A stretch of DNA of 63,714 nucleotides, filler included, from Licmophora abbreviata (taxonomy: Eukaryota): assembly GCA_900291995.1 (NCBI GenBank). It is 18 parts of 18 records of this genome, joined end to end, with 100 filler letters (N's around TTAATTAATTAA, not from the genome) between each part and the next. Parts side by side here need not be neighbours in the genome. Positions count along the whole stretch, not along the records: positions 1 to 2,020 come from OLMU01002195.1; positions 2,121 to 4,404 come from OLMU01002196.1; positions 4,505 to 17,690 come from OLMU01002198.1; 15 more parts are not named here. One strand, given 5' to 3'. The translations under genes and the position numbers were made by a program. Each line of letters starts with the position of its first letter. Position 1 is the first letter of the stretch. Below, in pieces: positions 1-10,186 of the stretch. The notes below the pieces were generated by a model. That model saw only the letters and a list, made by a program, of their open reading frames with translations, was not told the origin of the DNA and searched no databases.

Positions 1-1527
1 CTTCTGCATCCAGCCGCGCGCGGCGTATTCGTCGCTCACCGGCGCTCCCTTGCCGGCCTTGAGCACCTTCGAGGCCAGCGCCGGGCAGGCGGTCAGCGCC
101 ACGAAGGTCGAGATCGCGACCGTCCCCGCCATCACCCAGCCGAATTCCACGAACAGCTTGCCCACCTGTCCCGGCATGAACGACAGCGGCACGAACACCG
201 CGATCAGCGTGACCGACGTCGCCAGCACCGCGAATGTCACCTGCCGCGCGCCCTTCATGCTCGCCACCAGCGGGGTTTCGCCATTCTCGATCCGGCGCTG
301 GATGTTCTCCAGCACCACGATCGCATCATCCACCACCAGACCGATCGCCAGCAGCAGCGCCAGCAAGGTCAGCGTGTTGACCGAAAACCCCCACATCCCG
401 ATCAGGATGAAACAGCCCAGCAGCGACACCGGAATGGTGATCGCCGGAATCAACGTGGCGCGGATGCTGCGCAGGAACAGCAGGATCACCAGCACCACCA
501 GCGCCAATGAGATCGACAGCGCCACCACCACTTCGCGAATCGAGGCGCCGACGAACAGCGCGTCGTCCGAGCCGATGACGATCTCCATGCCCTCGGGCAG
601 GGTCGGGGTCAGCCGCGCCACCTCGGCCCGCACCGCGTTCGAGATCTGCAGCGTGTTCGACTGGCTCTGGCGTTGGATCGCCATGCCCACCGCATCGCGC
701 CCGTCGCTGCGCGCGATGGTGGTGTCGCTGGCCACCCCCGGCTCCACGCGCGCCACGTCGCGCAGCCGCACGGGGTATCCTGCCACCCGGTCCAGCACCA
801 CGTCGCGGAAATCCTCCACGCTGGCCAATCGGCTGTTCAGCCTTACCGAAAGCTGCCGGTCGATCGAGGTGACCTCGCCCGCGGGCAATTCCACGTTGTT
901 GCGCCTGAGCGCGCTTTCCACATCGGCAATCGTCAGCTTGCGCGCCGCCAAGGCACGCCGGTCCAGCCAGATGCGCACCGCAAAGGCCCGGTCGCCATAG
1001 ACCCGCACATTGGCCACCCCGTCCAGCGTCGCCAGACGGTCCACGATGAACCGGTCCATGTAATCGGTGATCTCGGCCGTGGTCATCCGGTCCGAGGTCA
1101 CGGCCAGCCGCATCACCGGATCGGCATCCGCATCGGCCTTTTCCACCTGCGGCTGGTCGGCATCTTCGGGCAAGGTGTCCAAAATCCGGCCCACCGCGTC
1201 GCGCACGTCATTGGCCGCGATGTCGATATCGCGGCCCGGATCGAACTCTATGGTGACTTGCGAGCGGCCCTGCCGGCTTTCCGAGCTGATCGTCCGGATG
1301 CCCGCGATCGACGCGACAGCGCCCTCGATCGTTTCGGTGATATCGGTGTCGATCACCTCGGGCGCCGCCCCGCGATAGGTGGTGGTGATGCTCACCACGG
1401 CATTGTCCACATCGGGCAATTCGCGCACCGGCACATCCCGCAGGGCGCTCACCCCGAACACGATCAGCAACAGGCTCGCCACCGCAGCCAGAACCGGGCG
1501 GCGGACGGAAATATCCGACAGCGTCAT
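1..1527 (-). CDS. RND efflux permease, AcrB/AcrD/AcrF family (runs off window edge)
   Basis: Reverse strand reads MTLSDISVRRPVLAAVASLLLIVFG...; contains the AcrB TM4 motif LAIGLVVDDAIVVLENI; ATG overlaps the upstream MFP stop (ATGA). Not in ORF track because it has no stop in the window. Confidence 0.93.
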   Translation of the reverse strand, partial: MTLSDISVRRPVLAAVASLLLIVFGVSALRDVPVRELPDVDNAVVSITTTYRGAAPEVIDTDITETIEGAVASIAGIRTISSESRQGRSQVTIEFDPGRDIDIAANDVRDAVGRILDTLPEDADQPQVEKADADADPVMRLAVTSDRMTTAEITDYMDRFIVDRLATLDGVANVRVYGDRAFAVRIWLDRRALAARKLTIADVESALRRNNVELPAGEVTSIDRQLSVRLNSRLASVEDFRDVVLDRVAGYPVRLRDVARVEPGVASDTTIARSDGRDAVGMAIQRQSQSNTLQISNAVRAEVARLTPTLPEGMEIVIGSDDALFVGASIREVVVALSISLALVVLVILLFLRSIRATLIPAITIPVSLLGCFILIGMWGFSVNTLTLLALLLAIGLVVDDAIVVLENIQRRIENGETPLVASMKGARQVTFAVLATSVTLIAVFVPLSFMPGQVGKLFVEFGWVMAGTVAISTFVALTACPALASKVLKAGKGAPVSDEYAARGWMQK

Positions 1528-2170
1528 GTCTTGTCGCCTTCCGGCTTGGCAGCCGTGCCGCGCAGCTCACTGCTGGTCTTGTCCTCGCCATCCGTGCCTG
1601 TCTCGCCCAGCACCTGTACCGCCGCGCCGTCGCGCAAGCGTTGCAGCCCGCGCACGATCACGGTCTGTCCGTCCTCGATGCCGTTCCGCACGGCAACCAT
1701 GCCGTCGCGCCGCTGGCCGGTCTCGACCACAACGCGCCGCGCGGTGTTGTCCTCGACAACGAACACATAGGTTTCCGCCGCCTGAAAGATCAGCGCCTCC
1801 TCGGGGATGACCACGAATTCGGATTGCGACAGCAGCAGCTCCAGCGACATGAACATGCCCGCGGGCAGGGTGCCTTCGGGGTTTGGCAAAATAGCGCGGG
1901 TGCGGAACGACCGGCTGACCGGGTCGATCCTGTTATCCACCGCGTCGATTTCGCCCTCGAAGACCTGACCGGGAAAGGCCGCGCTGGTCGCGATGACCGA
2001 CTGACCCTTTGTCACCTGTGNNNNNNNNNNNNNNNNNNNNNNNNNNNNNNNNNNNNNNNNNNNNTTAATTAATTAANNNNNNNNNNNNNNNNNNNNNNNN
2101 NNNNNNNNNNNNNNNNNNNNCCGACCGCCACGAGAAGGCACAGGATGAACAACTGTTTCCAGATTGACAA
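1524..2170 (-). CDS. RND membrane-fusion (periplasmic adaptor) subunit, interrupted by assembly gap 2021-2120
   Basis: C-terminal part has MFP motifs (IDPVSRSFRTRA, LPAGMF, IPEEAL); across the gap a TTG start gives MSIWKQLFILCLLVAV with GAAAGGGA RBS. Confidence 0.85.
2021..2120. other. Artificial contig linker (first of 17; others start at 4405, 17691, 19973, 25245, 29334, 33319, 34815, 36208, 38537, 40577, 43513, 47975, 53406, 56292, 58263, 61618)
   Basis: Identical N44-TTAATTAATTAA-N44 spacer with stops in all six frames. Confidence 0.99.
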
Positions 2171-2295
2171 AAGAGCAGTCCCTTTCAAACGAGCATGGAC
2201 CACCGGCGGCCGCTCTGAGGTTGAATCGAACGTATATCGGCTAGGGGGAATAACAACTCCCTAAATACGCGCGCCACGGCCCTGCCGGGCCCGGA

Positions 2296-2377
2296 TGTGT
2301 ACGGAAGGGACACAAATCACGCAGTTTTGACCGAACGTCGTCCTGAACGCGCGTAAGTTTCGTACGAACCCTACACA
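2296..2377 (-). repeat. 82-bp intergenic element, copy A
   Basis: Reverse complement aligns without gaps to 47471-47552 (61/82 identical by hand count) and 18934-19015; ends TGTGTA...TACACA are inverted. Confidence 0.85.
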
Positions 2378-2447
2378 AGTTTAGGTGCCCTGTCTTTGCG
2401 CCCTGTTCTTTGTGCCCCGTGGGCCTTGGGTCATGGGCGCCAAGGTC

Positions 2448-4404
2448 TCAGGCGGCTTTGTCCTGCGCGTTCAGATGCCTGAGCGTTTTCTCCCAAGCCT
2501 CTGAAAAGGCGTGCAATTCCTTCTCAAGCTCTTTGATGTCTCCGGCTTTTGCCGCTGTCTCCGCCCGGCACAGAATGTCCCTGACCGCAATCGCCCCAAC
2601 CGTCGCAGCGATCCCCGCAAACTTGTGCAGCTGCCCACCCAGCGATTCAGGATCAATTTTATCGATGTTTTTCAATATCTTAAGGATGTCTGAGGAGTCC
2701 TTGCTAAGGGCTTGAATTAGGGTGTGAAAACGGTCTTCCGTCAGGGCGGATTTCAACTGCTTCGTAACCGCCGTATCAAGTGTTTCGTGGACATCAGACT
2801 TTGGTTGCCTGGGGCCTTTTCCTGTAAGCAGCCTGTCCAGATCAGCCATGCGCAGCGGTTTGATATGGACATCGTCGACACCGGATTTCATCAATGTTTC
2901 CCGTGTGTTGACGTCAATATATGCGGAAAGCGCCACGATCCTCGTCCGGGCACTCGCCCCGTTTCCACTCCGAATCCGCTGCGTCGCTTCCCCCCCGTCG
3001 ATCCCCGGCATGTTCACATCGACCACAACAAGGTCGAACGACCTGACCCTCGACAGCGCCACGCCGGTTTCTCCATCGACGGCGAGACTAACCCTATGTC
3101 CTTGTTTTTCCAGCATGACTTTAAGAACGAAGCGGTTCGTCGGGTTGTCTTCGATGATAAGAATATCCATCGGCGCGATGCTTTGAGAGACGGTTTTGGA
3201 GGTATCTTTCAACGCGGCCTCTTGCTCGATCCTCGCTGCCCGCAGCGGCAGTCGCACCCAAAACACGCTGCCTTCCCCCAACAGGCTCTCCACCCCGATA
3301 TCCCCGCCCATTTGCAACACCAGATTTCGCGCGATCCCAAGGCCCAGACCTGTCCCTTCGGTGCGCTCCCCGTCCGATGAGATCACGCGCACAAAGTCAT
3401 CAAAGATCCGCTCCACATCGTCTTCTGCAATCCCGATGCCGGTGTCAGATACTTGAATTTCAAAGATATTATCATGTTTCCCATGCAGCCCGACCCGTGC
3501 GGCCTCGATGGTTATGTGCCCATTGCGGGTGAATTTTATCGCGTTCGACACGAGGTTCAGCAAAACCTGCTGGACACGGTCTCGGTCCCCCAGAACCGTG
3601 CCGACAGGGGCATTCTGAACATGCAGGTCAATGGTATTTCCGTGGGCTTCGGCCACCGCACCCTGACTTGTCGCGATGTCCTCGATCAACTGTTCGACAT
3701 CGAACACCGTCTCCACCAGCGGCAAGGGCTCTGCGCTCGACCGGGTGATATCAAGCGCATCATTGATCTGATTGAGCAAAACCTGCCCGGAAGACTTCAT
3801 GATATCGCTATATCTTGTCTGTTCCGGCGACAAAGGCGTGCTATCCATCAGATCCAGCGTTCCCAATATCCCATGCAGTGGCGTGCGCATTTCATGGCTG
3901 ATCCGTCCCAGAAAATGCGCCTTGGCCTTTTCGTTGGACAACGCTTTGTCCCGCGCCGCCTGCACTTCGGCCTCCGCCGCCAACCTGTCCGAGATATCGC
4001 GGATGAAACACACCCAGACTTCGTCCCCCGATCGCGCGGCGACGTTGGCCGAAAGCTCGACCGCGGCCAAACTCCCGTCTTGCCGACGGGCCACAAGAGG
4101 CGCGGGGTCAGCTTCGCCGGCGCGGACATCTCCGAGAGGCTCATCGGTGATCGCAGTCAGTGTCCCGTCGTCTTCCTGACGGTATAAGACGCCGTAAATG
4201 TTGCTCTTTCCGGCTTCTGTATTGTCCGAGCCGAACAGGCTCCGGGCCGCGGTGTTGGTCTCGATGATCGTGCCATCCGGACGCACCACCAGAATGGCGT
4301 CTTCCGAGGTGTCCAAAATCGTCGAGAGCCGGTTCAGCGTGATCCGGTTCTGAAACGCCCGGTGTCGGTAGAGCGTGTAAAGCCGCCACAAAAGCCACAT
4401 GAGC
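2448..4404 (-). CDS. Hybrid sensor histidine kinase (PAS-HisKA-HATPase-REC-HPt), 5' end lost in gap
   Basis: H-box SHEMRTPL, N-box NLVSNAIKFT, G boxes DTGIGI and GTGLGL, receiver DVNMP, HPt LHKFAGIAATVGA. Confidence 0.92.
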
Positions 4405-4504
4405 NNNNNNNNNNNNNNNNNNNNNNNNNNNNNNNNNNNNNNNNNNNNTTAATTAATTAANNNNNNNNNNNNNNNNNNNNNNNNNNNNNNNNNNNNNNNN
4501 NNNN

Positions 4505-5180
4505 TGTTCGAGGCGCCACAGGTGGTGTTGACCCCCAGCTCCTCGCGCAGGCGGCGGACTAGGGTAAAGACCTGAATGCCCGCCGTTCCCATGGCGCCGA
4601 TCGGCATCACAAGCGGGTCCACGACGATGTCGTGAGCCGGAATGCCGAAATCGGCGGCGCGCTCGACGATCTTCTTGGCGACGGCAAAGCGCACATCGGG
4701 ATCTTCGGAGATGCCGGTGTCGTCGTTGGAGATCGCCACCACGGGCACGTTGTATTTCTTGACCAGCGGCAGAACGAGTTCCAGGCGGTCTTCTTCGCCT
4801 GTGACCGAGTTCAGCAGGGGGCGACCCTCGCAAGCGGCCAGACCGGCCTCGAGCGCGCCGGGGACCGAGCTGTCGATGCAGAGCGGCACATCGACAAGCC
4901 CCTGCACGAGTTCGATCATCTTGCGCATCAGGGGCGGCTCGGTCTCGTTCGGATCGGGGTTGGAGTTGTAGACGACGCCCGCGTTGATATCGAGCACGGT
5001 GGCGCCTGCGGCGACCTGTGCGATGGCATCCGACTCGACGGTCGAGAAATCACCGGCCTCGAGTTCGGCGGCCAGTTTCTTGCGGCCGGTGGGGTTGATC
5101 CTCTCACCGATCACGCAAAACGGCTGATCGAAGCCGATAATCGCGGTCTTGGTTTTGCTTTCGACGACTGTTCGGGTCAT
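4505..5180 (-). CDS. Methyltetrahydrofolate:corrinoid methyltransferase (pterin-binding domain, split MetH/AcsE-like), 3' end in gap
   Basis: IGERINPTG, LDINAG, CIDSS, NSVTGE, DPLVMP, GASN motifs of the pterin-binding TIM barrel. Confidence 0.88.
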
Positions 5181-5199
5181 GTATCCATGTGTCCTTCGG

Positions 5200-6135
5200 T
5201 CAGGTGGCGTTTGCGGGTACGGCGGACGCGCCGCCGTTTTCGATCGCCCATGTGGCGTTGGTCTTGATGCCGCCCAATGGGAAGAAATGAACCGCCTCGA
5301 TGTTGAAATCGGGGTTGGCGGCCTTGTGGGCTGCGAGGTCGGTCAGAACATCGGTCGGCTCGTAGGGGAGCAGCAGCTTGGAGACATCCATAGCGCGTTT
5401 CTGCAGCACCTTCAAAGACGGACCGACGCCACAGGCGATGGCGAATTTGATGAGGGTCTGCAGCTTGGCGGGACCGGCGATTCCGATATGGACCGGCAGG
5501 GTGATGCCCGCCGCGGGCAGGCCGTCCGCCCAAGCGATGATCGGCTTGGCGTCAAAGGCGAACTGCGTGGCAAGGGCCATTTGTGCATCTGTGCGTTCGG
5601 AGAATTTCTGTTTCCATTGAAGGGCTTCTTCGACGTTCTTCATGTCGCCCGAGGGGTCGATATCGCGGTTGCCTTCGGGGTGGCCGGCCACATGAAGGCG
5701 CTTGAAACCGGCACGGTCGAAGGCGCCGGATTCCATAAGTTGCATCGAGCTGTCGAACTCACCATGCGGCTTTGTCACACCGCCGGCCAGCAACAGCGCC
5801 TGATCGACGCCGGCTTCGCCCTGATAGCGGGCAATCCAGTCCTCAAGCATTGCCTTGTCGCGGATGATGCGCGCCGGGAAATGCGGCATGACCGGATAGC
5901 CGTCACGTGCCAGGCGCGCGGCGGTGGCGACCATGTCCTCGATCGGGGTGCCTTCGATATGGGCGATATAGACCCGCGTGCCCTCGGGCAGAAGATCGCG
6001 GAAATTCTCGACCTTTTCGGCCGTGCGCGGCATGACCTCGATCGAGTAGCCTTGCAGGAAGGCTTCGACCTGCGGGTTGACGGGGGTGGGCGCTTGCGCG
6101 CCGGCATCACGTTTTCTGAAGTTCAACAAAGCCAT
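5200..6135 (-). CDS. Methylenetetrahydrofolate reductase family protein (MetF-like)
   Basis: SIEV, PH..AR, AGHPEG, TQF.FD motifs; ATG at 6135 preceded by GGGAGG. Confidence 0.85.
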   Translation of the reverse strand: MALLNFRKRDAGAQAPTPVNPQVEAFLQGYSIEVMPRTAEKVENFRDLLPEGTRVYIAHIEGTPIEDMVATAARLARDGYPVMPHFPARIIRDKAMLEDWIARYQGEAGVDQALLLAGGVTKPHGEFDSSMQLMESGAFDRAGFKRLHVAGHPEGNRDIDPSGDMKNVEEALQWKQKFSERTDAQMALATQFAFDAKPIIAWADGLPAAGITLPVHIGIAGPAKLQTLIKFAIACGVGPSLKVLQKRAMDVSKLLLPYEPTDVLTDLAAHKAANPDFNIEAVHFFPLGGIKTNATWAIENGGASAVPANAT

Positions 6136-6161
6136 TACGGCCTCCCATAGCGATGCTGGCG

Positions 6162-6458
6162 TCATGCCCAGCCATCATTGGCGATCAGGGCTTTGATGCG
6201 GTCCTGATCGTACTCCGCTTCGAGCCGGGTCGCTTCGGCTTCGGCCACGTCGGCCGGGTCGCCTTCGACCTGATAAGGGGCCGCCTTGCGCCATTCGGCG
6301 AGGTAGGCGTCGGTTTCGGCCGCGCCGGTTTTCATCGCCGCGCGGTCAATCGCCTGTTCGAACCGTTCGGCGAGTTGCTTTTTCGCGCCGCGACGGCCTT
6401 TTCCGACAATCACCTGTGCGGGTATGTCCCGCCAGTAGACGATAGTGACGTCAACCAT
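6162..6458 (-). CDS. Small 'virulence factor' family protein typical of methyl-transfer clusters
   Basis: IVYWRDIPAQV and RFEQAIDRAAM signature; AGAGGA RBS; co-oriented with the metF-like gene. Confidence 0.75.
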   Translation of the reverse strand: MVDVTIVYWRDIPAQVIVGKGRRGAKKQLAERFEQAIDRAAMKTGAAETDAYLAEWRKAAPYQVEGDPADVAEAEATRLEAEYDQDRIKALIANDGWA

Positions 6459-6692
6459 GGCTGATTCCTCTTACTCGGTGGACCCTCTCTAATGCAGGGA
6501 GGACGTGTCGCTTGGTCGGTTTTCGACAGAACGCGCGCGCCATGCGACGTGCAGACATTAGTGCGAACCGCGCCGCGCCGCCACAGGGCGGATGCCGAAA
6601 AGCTTTCATGATGTTTATGCATGGCGGCAAAGCTTGCGCAGGGCGCCGCAAGGGACTACCTTTGGGACAACTCGAAATGGAGGGCGTATGAC

Positions 6693-7806
6693 ATGGCGCC
6701 CAAGCGTCCCGAAAGTGCGGGCGCTATCCCGAAAACGGTAGAGAGCCCCGCACTGAGCTCCCTTGGTCAGGCCGACCTTTATGCGGCGCTGGACCTTGGC
6801 ACAAACAGCTGCCGGATGCTGATTGCCCGTCCTGACGGGGATCAGTTCAAGGTGGTGGACAGTTTCTCGAAGTCGGTCCAGCTTGGGTCCGGCCTTGAGA
6901 AATATGGCCGATTGTCGCGTTCTGCCATCATGCGGACGCTTCAGGCGCTGCGCGTTTGCCAACAGAAGATCACCCGCCACAAGGTCAAGCGGATGCGCCT
7001 CGTCGCCACCGAGGCCTGCCGGCGCGCCGCCAATGGAGAGGCGTTCCTGAGCCGTGTGCAACGCGAGATCGGCTTGCAGCTGGACATGATCCAGCCGCAG
7101 GAAGAGGCGCAGCTTGCGGTGGTGTCCTGTGCGCCACTGGTCAATCCCGGCACCGAGCAGCTTCTGGTGGTGGATATTGGCGGCGGATCGACCGAGCTGG
7201 TATGGATCGACCTGCGCGATGTGCCGCCGGTCGAGCGCGCGCAGGCGATCATGCGGATGCATGGCGGCTTTCATTGCAGCGAGAGTGGACGGGCCTCGGC
7301 GCGGGTGGTGGACTGGATCAGCGTGCCGCTTGGGGTGGCCACGCTGCGCGATCAGTTCCGCGACGTCGAGGATGACAGCGCGCGGTTTGCCTTGATGAGC
7401 TGGTTCTTCGAGGAGAACCTTGCGGAATTCGCGCCCTACAAGAACGAACAGACGCGCGAGGGGTTTCAGATCATCGGCACCTCGGGCACGGTGACGACGG
7501 TGGCGGCCAGCCATCTGGGATTGAAGCGCTATGACCGCAACAAGGTGGATGGGCTGTGCATGACCAGTGACGAGATCGATCTGGTGATCCGCAAGTATCT
7601 GGCGCTTGGTCCGTCGGGCCGGCGCAAGGACCCGCGGATCGGGCTGGACCGGCAGGCTTTGATCATGTCGGGGGCGGCGATCCTGCAGGCGCTGCTGCGG
7701 TGCTGGCCGACGGACCGGCTGTCGGTGGCGGATCGGGGGGCTGCGCGAGGGTATGCTCTATGCATTGATGTCATGCGATGGCGTGCTTGAAGATAGGACG
7801 AAGTGA
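6693..7806 (+). CDS. ppx: Ppx/GppA exopolyphosphatase family; apparent +1 frameshift in G6 run at 7735-7740
   Basis: [29 protein letters not shown] motifs; removing one G restores [11 protein letters not shown] and a stop overlapping the rlmE ATG. Confidence 0.88.
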
Positions 7807-8522
7807 TGGCCAAGGGACCGGATGGAAAGAACACCTCGGGGCGCGGGCTGCGTGACCTGACGGTCAAGGTCAAGACGGCCCGCGGGCGCAAGGCGTCTTC
7901 GACGCGCTGGCTGCAGCGGCAGCTGAACGACCCTTATGTGCAGCGCGCGCAGGCCGAAGGGTATCGGGGACGCGCGGCCTACAAGATCATGGAGCTGGAT
8001 GACAAGTTCCGGTTTCTGGTGCCGGGGGCGCGGGTGGTCGATCTGGGCTGTGCGCCGGGCGGCTGGTGCCAGGTGGCGGTGCCGCGCATCAATGCGCTTG
8101 GCGACAAGGGCGGCAAGGCGCAGGGTTTCATTCTGGGCATTGATCTGCAAGAGGTCGAGCCGATCGCGGGATGCGTTCTCAAACAGCTGGATTTCATGGC
8201 CGATGATGCCGATGTGCAGGTCAAGGAATGGCTGGGCGGCAAAGCCGACGTTGTGATGAGCGACATGGCGGCGGCCAGTTCGGGCCACAAACAGACCGAC
8301 CATTTGCGCATCATCGCGCTGTGCGAGGCGGCGGCTTATCTGGCGTTTGACGTTCTGGACGAGGGTGGCACATTCGTGTCGAAGGTTCTGGCCGGGGGGG
8401 CGGAGGGCGAGCTCCAGAAATTGCTCAAGCAGCGCTTCACCAAGGTGGCCAATGTCAAGCCGCCCGCATCACGGGCCGACAGTTCCGAGAAATTCGTTGT
8501 GGCCACTGGTTTCAAGGGCTGA
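7806..8522 (+). CDS. rlmE: 23S rRNA Um2552 methyltransferase RlmE/FtsJ
   Basis: [36 protein letters not shown] motifs. Confidence 0.95.
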   Translation: MAKGPDGKNTSGRGLRDLTVKVKTARGRKASSTRWLQRQLNDPYVQRAQAEGYRGRAAYKIMELDDKFRFLVPGARVVDLGCAPGGWCQVAVPRINALGDKGGKAQGFILGIDLQEVEPIAGCVLKQLDFMADDADVQVKEWLGGKADVVMSDMAAASSGHKQTDHLRIIALCEAAAYLAFDVLDEGGTFVSKVLAGGAEGELQKLLKQRFTKVANVKPPASRADSSEKFVVATGFKG

Positions 8523-8811
8523 GCACGGGGCTTGATCCTTGTGTCGGGCGAAGGCGGCGCGAAAGAGCGTTCGGCGGCCGCGAGAAAGGCCAGAGCGTGG
8601 TCCGGATCAAGCGCTGTCGGTTGCGGCACACGCAGGGCACGCACCTCCCGGCGGTTTTGCTGGTTCATCAGTTCGAACAGCCGCGCGCGCGCGGTGTGCG
8701 GATAGCTGTGGGCGGGAGCGGGCACGGGGTCAATCTCCATGAAACGCAGTCTGAACGCGAAAGATTGCCATGCGATTAAGGCAATTCCGGTGCCAAGATG
8801 CAGCGAGACCA

Positions 8812-8945
8812 TGGAGAATTCGGCGCACAGGGGCTTTCACCAGCCAAGGCGTTGAATGGCCGCGAAGACATGCGCGGTTGACCTCGCCCGTGTCGGGCAA
8901 TGGGCGCTCGGCCCGGAGACCTCCCAAGTTGGCGGAAAAGCGCAT
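8812..8945 (-). pseudogene. Collapsed remnant of a hydroxypyruvate isomerase (Hyi/OtnI) family gene
   Basis: MRFSANLG..RPLPD fused directly to TGEVN / (frameshift) AHVFAAIQRLGW*KPLCAEF, resembling the N- and C-termini of Hyi-family proteins. Confidence 0.65.
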
Positions 8946-9126
8946 TGCTCCCACTCCAGCTTGCGAGGCGTGTCGGCTTGAGGGGCAAACTCTGTTGGAC
9001 AGGACGCAGGGTAGAGACCGGGGTGCGGGAAGCTTGCGTGCCCACGAGCGACAGTTGCGTGTCTGATTTGGGGGAGGGTCGCCAAGCGGTTACGCCTTTT
9101 CACACGAGCGTTATGCTTGGCATAAA

Positions 9127-9216
9127 TGGCGGAGAGACAGGGATTCGAACCCTGGGATCCCGTGAAGGATCAACGGTTTTCGAGACCGCCCCGTTCGACC
9201 ACTCCGGCACCTCTCC
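9127..9216 (-). tRNA. tRNA-Ser (anticodon CGA)
   Basis: GGAGAGGTGCCGGAGTGG...GCGGT CTCGAAA ACCGT...GGTTCGAATCC...CTCTCCGCCA; long variable arm, encoded CCA, 90 nt. Confidence 0.97.
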
Positions 9217-9334
9217 GCGGGGTATGGAGGCTGCGTGTAATTGCCTTTGGCGGGCATGACAAGGGGGTTTTCCGTTGTTTGTGATGAGAAAATGCCTAGG
9301 TTCTCGAAAGTCAGCAGGCATCGGAGGACACGGC

Positions 9335-10186
9335 ATGGCAAGGACGCGTCAAATACCCTCGATTTTGTTCAAGATGGTGGGGCTTGTGGTGCTGGTGGCC
9401 CTGCTGTCCGGCTCGCCTGTGAAAGCGGCGGATCGGGATCGGCTCAAGGCGTTCCTGAACGTGACCGGCTTTGATGTCGCGCTGGACAGTATCGCGCTGT
9501 CGGCGGCGGATGCGCAGGAGATGCTTGGCATGTCGGCCAGCGATTTCGGGGAGAGCTGGACGCGGATTGCCGAAAAGGTGTTCGACACCGACATCATGCG
9601 GGGCATGGCGCTGGATATTCTGGAGCAGACCCTGAGCGATGACGATCTGGCCCATGCGGCGGGCTTCTATGCCTCGCCCCTTGGGATGCGACTTGTGGAG
9701 GTCGAGAACGCCTCGCATATGGATGCGGATAACGCGCGAAAACAGGCTGAGGGCGAGGATCTGGTGGCGGCCATGGTTGCCAGCGGCGATGAGCGGCTGG
9801 ATGTGCTGGTGCAGATGAACGCGGCGGTCGACAGTGGAGATGTCGCTGTGCGCGCGGTGCAGGAGATCCAGCTGCGCTTTTTGCTGGCCGCCAGCACGGC
9901 CGGAGTGCTGGAACAGGAGTTCGACGAAGAGATGTTGCGGGCCTTGATGAAGGAAAGCGAGGGGGAGTTGCGCCTGAGCATGCGGCGGTCGGCCCTTGCG
10001 TCGGCGGCCTATACTTATCGCGACATCAACGACGCGGATCTGCGCGCGTATCTTGCAGCGCTGGAAGATCCGCAAATGCAACGCGTTTATGAATTGATGA
10101 ACGCGGTGCAATGGGAGATCATGGGCAACCGTTACGAGGCGTTGGCCGTGCGGATGGCCGAAATTTCCGGAGGTCAGGATCTGTGA
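9335..10186 (+). CDS. Exported DUF2059-like protein
   Basis: Signal peptide; FY.SPLG-type motif; GGAGGA RBS; paralogous to next gene. Confidence 0.75.
   Translation: MARTRQIPSILFKMVGLVVLVALLSGSPVKAADRDRLKAFLNVTGFDVALDSIALSAADAQEMLGMSASDFGESWTRIAEKVFDTDIMRGMALDILEQTLSDDDLAHAAGFYASPLGMRLVEVENASHMDADNARKQAEGEDLVAAMVASGDERLDVLVQMNAAVDSGDVAVRAVQEIQLRFLLAASTAGVLEQEFDEEMLRALMKESEGELRLSMRRSALASAAYTYRDINDADLRAYLAALEDPQMQRVYELMNAVQWEIMGNRYEALAVRMAEISGGQDL

Noticed and set aside
9127..9216. Active integrative element at tRNA-Ser
   Set aside because: No integrase and no duplicated tRNA 3' end found in the window.
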